DNA from: Kiritimatiellales bacterium
GTDB taxonomy: Bacteria; Patescibacteriota; Gracilibacteria; Peribacterales; Peribacteraceae
DNA length: 49,845 bases
Direction: 5' to 3'
NCBI GenBank assembly: GCA_021734665.1
Contig: JAIPIN010000002.1
Location: 1 to 49,845, forward strand
A model generated the notes under the pieces. It was not told where the DNA came from, searched no databases, and saw only the letters and a program-made list of their open reading frames with translations. Shown piece after piece: positions 44,518 to 49,845 of this stretch (positions are counted from its first letter, which is position 1; every line of letters begins with the position of its first letter). Both the position numbers and the translations under genes were made by a program.

Positions 44518-47500
44518 TTAACTCTTTTGTGTCCTTTTCCTGCGCATCCACCCAAAACCACCAGCAGCCCCAACCGCAATAACCGCAATAGCTCCTGGAC
44601 CTGTATCACCTACTGGAGATTGAGACACGACCACTGGGGCCAATGCTGCATATGGAAGAGCTGAATGAAGAGGCTGTAGATTTGCACTCACTGGATAAAC
44701 CACTGGCTTCTGCGGCATGCTAGTGTGCACTGATGCAACAACAGCTTCTTTTTTCTTATCTTCCTCCTCTTTATTACAAGAACTACTGCATCCATCAGTG
44801 GAAAGAAGATTCCCATCATCGCATGTTTCTCCTGGATCTAAAATGCCGTCTCCACAACGCGGAAGAATACAATCTGATCTGCAAGTAGAACCAACCTTAT
44901 CGCTATTATGTGTCCCATCATCACATTGTTCACCATCATCAATTTGACCATTTCCACATAATGCAATTACTTTACAATTTCTTGTGCATATATAAGGCGG
45001 TACACCCTTAAAAGTAAATGGTTCACATTCTTCTCCAAGTTGCCTCTGAATAATCCTGTCACCACAGAAACCAATTTCATTAATACAAACAGAAGAACAA
45101 CCATCAAAATTTATTTGATTACCATCATCACATTCTTCATTCATATCAACTTTGCCATCTCCACACATTTGTAATGATGCCACTTGACCTGCATCAAATT
45201 GGCAATAAGATGAACATCCATCGTCTTCAAATAAATTACCATCGTCACATTGTTCGCCCATTTCAATTTTATTATTTCCACAAACTGGCTCCTTTGGCTC
45301 ATTAATTTTGCGATTTTTACACTCATGATTACATGTCATTGTATCTGGCGGTTCACATTCTTCACCTTTATCCACTTGTCCATCCCCACAAAATAACACT
45401 GGCTCTAAATAATCATCGCCATAATCATTATTGAGCGCATAATGCACAACATCGATTATTATGCAGTCACTATTACATACATTTGTATTTGGTGGTTCAC
45501 ATTCTTCATCAGAATCTATATACCCATCTCCACAGAAAGGTAACGAATCATCGTCATCTGAAATATCATCATCGTCCGAAGTAAGTATTTTGCATTGATT
45601 ACTGCATTTATTTGCCCTTGGAGGATCACATTCTTCATTTGAATCTATATGTCCATCCCCACAAAATGGATAAGAGTCATCGTCATCGTCATCAGGCACA
45701 TCAATATGCCTACACCATGCATCGCAAGTATTTGTCCCTGGAGGCTCACATTCTTCACCAGAACTTACTCGTCCATTTCCACAAATCGGACTCTTTGGAA
45801 TGCATGTACATTCATTATCACATCTCCATCCAGAATCACACTGAGAATCGTTTTCACATTCTTCAGTTCTTGCGTTAAATTTATTATCTCCGCAATACCC
45901 AGGATCATCATCGTCATCATCTGATGTAGTAATTGACTGACATGCAAAATCGCATGTAAAAATACCAGGAGGCTCACATTCTTCACCTGGGTCAATAAAT
46001 CCATCTCCACAATAGTTCTCTTCTTCTGCATAACAAGTAGATGAACATCCATCGTTATTAACAACGTTACCGTCATCACATTCTTCAAAAACATTCCAAA
46101 GATATCCATCGCCACACACGGCAAAATTGCAAACATTAGTACAATAATCCGTATTGGAATTATTTCCATCATCACAATCTTCTCCAAGATCTACATTGCT
46201 ATCTCCACAGGCTGTAGAAATTTCTTGCATACAAAGCGCAGAACACCCATCGCCATCCACTATATTTCCATCATCACATTCTTCAAATTCAGAAAATATA
46301 AACCAATCTCCGCATGAGGCATCTTTACAGAAATTAGTACAATTATCACTATTTAGCTTATTCCCATCATCACATTCCTCTCCAGGATCTTTTTCCCCAT
46401 CTCCACAAGTTGGTGCTACTTCTATTGTACAAAGAGGAGAACATCCATCATCACCATCAGTATTATGATCATCACACTCTTCCATGCCATTCCATAAATA
46501 AGAATCACCACATTCGGCGCTAAAACATGAATTTAAACATGCATCGTTGTTAGACTGATTACCATCATCACATTGCTCTTCTCCATCCCAAGTATACCCA
46601 TCCCCGCATTCGGCATTATTACATGTATTCATACAAGAATCCGTGTTAGACGAATTTTCATCGTCACATTCTTCCCCAGGATCTACAATTCCATTTCCAC
46701 ATAATTCATTAATTTCATGCAAACAAATTGAAGAACATCCATCTTCATTATCTTCATTGCCATCATCACACTCCTCAACATCAATCCAGATATGATGATC
46801 ACCACAAATAGCATTCTCACATGCATTGGTGCAAGCATCAGTGTTTAGCGGGTTACCATCATCACACTCCTCAAAATCATCCCAAATATACCCATCTCCG
46901 CATTCGGCATAATTACATTCATCAGTGCAATAATCTGTATTAATTGAATTACCATCATCACATTCTTCTCCTTCTTCTGGTATTCCATTACCACAATCAG
47001 GATCAATTTCTGTTGTACATAATGAAGAGCAGCCATCACCATCTTCTGTATTTTCATCATCACATTCTTCTTCGCCATCCCAAGTATGCCCATCTCCACA
47101 ATCAGCATTGTTACACGAATTTAAACATGCATCTGTATTAGACTGGTTGCCATCATCACATTCTTCTTCGCCAATCCAAGTGTAATCATCTCCGCATTCG
47201 GCATCATTACATTCGTTTGTACAAGCATCTGTATTAGACTGATTACCGTCATCGCATTCTTCTCCTTCTTCTGGTATTCCATTGCCACAATCAGGATCAA
47301 TTTCTGTTATACATAATGAAGAACAGCCATCACCATCTTCTGTATTTTCATCGTCACATTCTTCTGTAAGCCCACTAATATGACCACACATATTAGTAAA
47401 ACCATCTCCACAATAAGGCAATTTACAATCCGCATTACACTTATAATCAAAACATTCGGTACCAAAGAACTCTCCGTTCATAGCACCTAAATCACATTCT

Positions 47501-48744
47501 TCTCCTTCTTCTGGTATTCCATTACCACAATCTGGCGCCGAAGGAAGCATGCAATCATTACTACATTCATCATCATCAATACCGTTACCGTCGTCACATT
47601 CTTCTAAAATACCATCATGATTTGGAGAAGTGACAACTTCATCACCACATACAAGATTGCAATAAAGATTGTCGCAAATACAAATTCCAGACATTGACAT
47701 ATCACATCTGTCAGCTTCTAATTCACAACCATCAAATGTACAAACATCCATACCTCCATCAGTAAGTTTTTTGACACAAACCATATCACTGGGACAATCT
47801 GGGCTTGGTACTGGTCCATCATTTAATGATGTACAAGGAATATCTGTATATTCGTATTTATAAGCACATTCATAATAAGTGTCAGGCCCTTCTCTTTTTC
47901 GCTCACAATAAGTACCTAATGGGCAATTCCCATCACCCAAACACCTTAATCCTGTCCAGTCTAGAGTATCTGTTGCGCACACCTTTCCAAAATCACATTC
48001 CTCGTGCATGCCATTGTCTTGCTCTGGATAAGCCTCCTGAACAATGCCATCCCCACAATATTCCAATTCACAATTAAAATTACATCCATCATTATCTAGC
48101 ATTTCGCTACGCCCCCGCGGCGACTCTAGTGGATCACCATCATCACATTGCTCATAAAATCCATCACTATTAGGAGACTGGACTTCACCATCACCACATA
48201 TCCCTGCAAATGGTTCAAAACCATAACACTCAGACCAAGAATTAATATTTGGATTAGCATTCCCACATTCAATCTGACCAGTTCCTCCATAAGCTATTAC
48301 CGATGCCAAGCCTTCCGGAGGAGAACCTACAACCCAGTCGCTAGTTTTAATAAAACATCTTTCGCCACTTATGCACTGGCTACTGCATGCATCACAAGGA
48401 TCTACTCTAGGAACTGCGTCGCAATCAGACTTAAGAGCCAATCCACCCACACTATCTGGGTAAGAGCATGTTGCAGTATTTGATCCATATTGGATGTAAC
48501 AATGTGCTCCTGTTCTACAGGGTAACCCCTGACAATTATCACAACAATCTCTGTCACAAGTATTTAATTCTCCTAATTCACACTTATTATTTCCACATAC
48601 TGAAGTCGTGTTAGGGGTATAACTTACAAGTGCGCTGCCTTCATAAGATAGATTTTTAGAAGTTACAACTGCCACTCCTATAAGGAGTAAAACAATTACT
48701 ACAGAACCAATTTTGATATGGGTTTTTATCATGAATTTTTCCAT
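44518..48744 (-). CDS. giant cysteine-rich repeat surface protein (Myxococcus-type Cys-rich repeat / DUF4215-like) with an N-terminal signal anchor and C-terminal membrane anchor
   Basis: 1408 aa. There are dozens of copies of CG(D/N)Gx(4-8)(G)EECD(D)GNx(4-5)D(G/A)Cx(3-4)C. Poly-Asp linkers are present. The N-terminus is KIGSVVIVLLLIGVAVV and the C-terminus is GAIAVIAVGAAGGFGWMRRKRTQKS. Confidence 0.85.
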   Translation of the reverse strand: MEKFMIKTHIKIGSVVIVLLLIGVAVVTSKNLSYEGSALVSYTPNTTSVCGNNKCELGELNTCDRDCCDNCQGLPCRTGAHCYIQYGSNTATCSYPDSVGGLALKSDCDAVPRVDPCDACSSQCISGERCFIKTSDWVVGSPPEGLASVIAYGGTGQIECGNANPNINSWSECYGFEPFAGICGDGEVQSPNSDGFYEQCDDGDPLESPRGRSEMLDNDGCNFNCELEYCGDGIVQEAYPEQDNGMHEECDFGKVCATDTLDWTGLRCLGDGNCPLGTYCERKREGPDTYYECAYKYEYTDIPCTSLNDGPVPSPDCPSDMVCVKKLTDGGMDVCTFDGCELEADRCDMSMSGICICDNLYCNLVCGDEVVTSPNHDGILEECDDGNGIDDDECSNDCMLPSAPDCGNGIPEEGEECDLGAMNGEFFGTECFDYKCNADCKLPYCGDGFTNMCGHISGLTEECDDENTEDGDGCSSLCITEIDPDCGNGIPEEGEECDDGNQSNTDACTNECNDAECGDDYTWIGEEECDDGNQSNTDACLNSCNNADCGDGHTWDGEEECDDENTEDGDGCSSLCTTEIDPDCGNGIPEEGEECDDGNSINTDYCTDECNYAECGDGYIWDDFEECDDGNPLNTDACTNACENAICGDHHIWIDVEECDDGNEDNEDGCSSICLHEINELCGNGIVDPGEECDDENSSNTDSCMNTCNNAECGDGYTWDGEEQCDDGNQSNNDACLNSCFSAECGDSYLWNGMEECDDHNTDGDDGCSPLCTIEVAPTCGDGEKDPGEECDDGNKLNSDNCTNFCKDASCGDWFIFSEFEECDDGNIVDGDGCSALCMQEISTACGDSNVDLGEDCDDGNNSNTDYCTNVCNFAVCGDGYLWNVFEECDDGNVVNNDGCSSTCYAEEENYCGDGFIDPGEECEPPGIFTCDFACQSITTSDDDDDDPGYCGDNKFNARTEECENDSQCDSGWRCDNECTCIPKSPICGNGRVSSGEECEPPGTNTCDAWCRHIDVPDDDDDDSYPFCGDGHIDSNEECDPPRANKCSNQCKILTSDDDDISDDDDSLPFCGDGYIDSDEECEPPNTNVCNSDCIIIDVVHYALNNDYGDDYLEPVLFCGDGQVDKGEECEPPDTMTCNHECKNRKINEPKEPVCGNNKIEMGEQCDDGNLFEDDGCSSYCQFDAGQVASLQMCGDGKVDMNEECDDGNQINFDGCSSVCINEIGFCGDRIIQRQLGEECEPFTFKGVPPYICTRNCKVIALCGNGQIDDGEQCDDGTHNSDKVGSTCRSDCILPRCGDGILDPGETCDDGNLLSTDGCSSSCNKEEEDKKKEAVVASVHTSMPQKPVVYPVSANLQPLHSALPYAALAPVVVSQSPVGDTGPGAIAVIAVGAAGGFGWMRRKRTQKS

Positions 48745-48819
48745 TAATTATACCATTTATTGCGGTTTTTAGCTCTGGGGTATACTTGCTTATATCCTTA
48801 AATATTGCGCAGTGCATTC

Positions 48820-48905
48820 GTATTGAGTATTAAGTATCTAGTATTTAGGGTCATTAAAGACAAATTGCCTAAATACGGAATACTAGATACTAAATACTAA
48901 TATTG
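48820..48905. other. hairpin/word-repeat spacer (family B) overlapping the stop of the SLH gene
   Basis: gtattgagtattaagtatctagtatttaggg faces cctaaatacggaatactagatactaaatac. It shares word blocks with 8539-8624. Confidence 0.4.
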
Positions 48906-49646
48906 AGCCACCTGATCCTGCCTAGTCTGTAACTTGATCTTCTCATATAAAACCTTGGAAACTTCTGCTCTATTGATTCTATCATCAGGGCGGAATGTTC
49001 CTAACTCTGCTCCAATATCGTTTGTATCTCCGTTTACCACTCCAAATAGAGCTGCAAAAGCAACATCTGCTTCGTATGGATGTCCAGAGACATCACGGAA
49101 AGTTGTAAACAGAGGAAGAACATCGTCACCAAATACATCATGCATAATCACAAGTACTTCCGCACGACTAACAGGCTGATCTAATTTTGAAACAGGAGCA
49201 TCTCGTATAATTCGGACTCCTCTCTTGCGTGCGCACTGAACATAAGCATTTGCCCAATGACCAATATCTTCGCCTGCGCTACAAGTTGCTTTGTTTATAT
49301 GCGCAGCTTCCGATGTCATCTTTAATATTTCTGCCATTGTTACAGAATTGCCTGGCCTAAATTCTCCAGTAGGATTGCCTCCACTATCGCTATAACCAGA
49401 AACAATTCCCCACTCAGAAAGTGAAGCTACATAAGAATTAAACCAATCATCTTCTTTAATGTCTCTAAAAACTGTACCAGTCATATCGTCTAACTGAGCT
49501 AATATTTCTGAGAAATCTGCGGCATGCGTAGTCTCCCAAAGCATAAGCTCTTGCTTGAGCTGAACAACTTCATCTAAAAATGCTTTTGCAACACCTGCTG
49601 TTACAAAGAGGGTAATCATCACTATTGGTATTAGTCGTTTAAACAT
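48897..49646 (-). CDS. secreted SLH (S-layer homology) domain protein
   Basis: 249 aa with signal peptide MFKRLIPIVMITLFVTAGVAKA and three SLH-like units. Unit 1 is FRDIKEDDWFNSYVASLSEWGIVSGY..VTMAEILKM, unit 2 is HWANAYV..VSRAEVLVIM, and unit 3 is FRDVSGHPYEADVAFAALFGVVNGD..INRAEVSKVLY. Confidence 0.8.
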   Translation of the reverse strand: MFKRLIPIVMITLFVTAGVAKAFLDEVVQLKQELMLWETTHAADFSEILAQLDDMTGTVFRDIKEDDWFNSYVASLSEWGIVSGYSDSGGNPTGEFRPGNSVTMAEILKMTSEAAHINKATCSAGEDIGHWANAYVQCARKRGVRIIRDAPVSKLDQPVSRAEVLVIMHDVFGDDVLPLFTTFRDVSGHPYEADVAFAALFGVVNGDTNDIGAELGTFRPDDRINRAEVSKVLYEKIKLQTRQDQVAQY

Positions 49647-49702
49647 AGTTTGGTATTAATGTTATTAATACTATACCATATTTTGTTATTTTTTACAATT
49701 AC

Positions 49703-49845
49703 TTACTTTCCCGAATTCAACAGTGAAATGCATAAAAATATCCTCTTTTGAGAGCTGATTTACCTCGAGTACGGTAGGAGGGAACGGAGTTCCATCCATT
49801 TCCCAACCTACCGTATGGCCCATTTTACCCTTTCTCAGCGACACA
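49703..49845 (-). CDS. possible 3' end of a gene running off the window (47 codons)
   Basis: Open frame from the window edge to a TAA stop at 49703-49705 (..MGHTVGWEMDGTPFPPTVLEVNQLSKEDIFMHFTVEFGK). It has no recognisable motif, and the region also folds as a hairpin, so it may be non-coding. Confidence 0.2.

Noticed and set aside
1-49845. Prophage, transposon or integrative element, toxin-antitoxin, restriction-modification or other defence genes
   Set aside because: I recognised no integrase, transposase, reverse transcriptase, nuclease-ATPase defence architecture or phage structural motifs in any ORF. The only mobility hints are the small GC-rich inserts with flanking duplications.

Overview
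AT-rich bacterial window with standard stop codons (a TGA stop closes rplC). The content suggests Patescibacteria/CPR, at moderate confidence: class I LysRS, no L30 gene between S5 and L15, charged tails on many ribosomal proteins, and no Shine-Dalgarno motifs. Positions 1183-20340 (minus strand) hold a near-complete ribosomal superoperon: rplC-rplD-rplW-rplB-rpsS-rplV-rpsC-rplP-rpmC-rpsQ-rplN-rplX-rplE-rpsN-rpsH-rplF-rplR-rpsE, then rplO-secY-adk-map-infA-rpmJ-rpsM-rpsK-rpsD-rpoA-rplQ-rplM-rpsI. Two unrelated genes (DJ-1/PfpI and an SLH+CAP secreted protein) interrupt it between rpsE and rplO, and rpsJ is missing upstream of rplC. A tRNA-Thr lies at 265-339. Positions 20475-43593 form an accessory glycan-assembly island. 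It contains an ABC-2 exporter whose ATPase is fused to a sulfotransferase domain, two further sulfotransferases, about eleven glycosyltransferase domains, a NodB-like deacetylase and an Lnt-like membrane protein. It also holds a 1132-aa methyltransferase / ER-K helix / GT2 / GT2 protein whose helical spacer is encoded by a near-perfect 24/48-nt tandem repeat. Housekeeping lysK, a beta-CASP RNase and a pseudouridine synthase are interspersed. Positions 44518-49646 encode a 1408-aa cysteine-rich repeat surface protein and an SLH protein. Intergenic spacers are built from short stuttered words and long hairpins, plus four small GC-rich GCGAAG islands, two of which are flanked by direct duplications of gene 5' ends. 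I saw no CRISPR array, rRNA, transposase or integrase.
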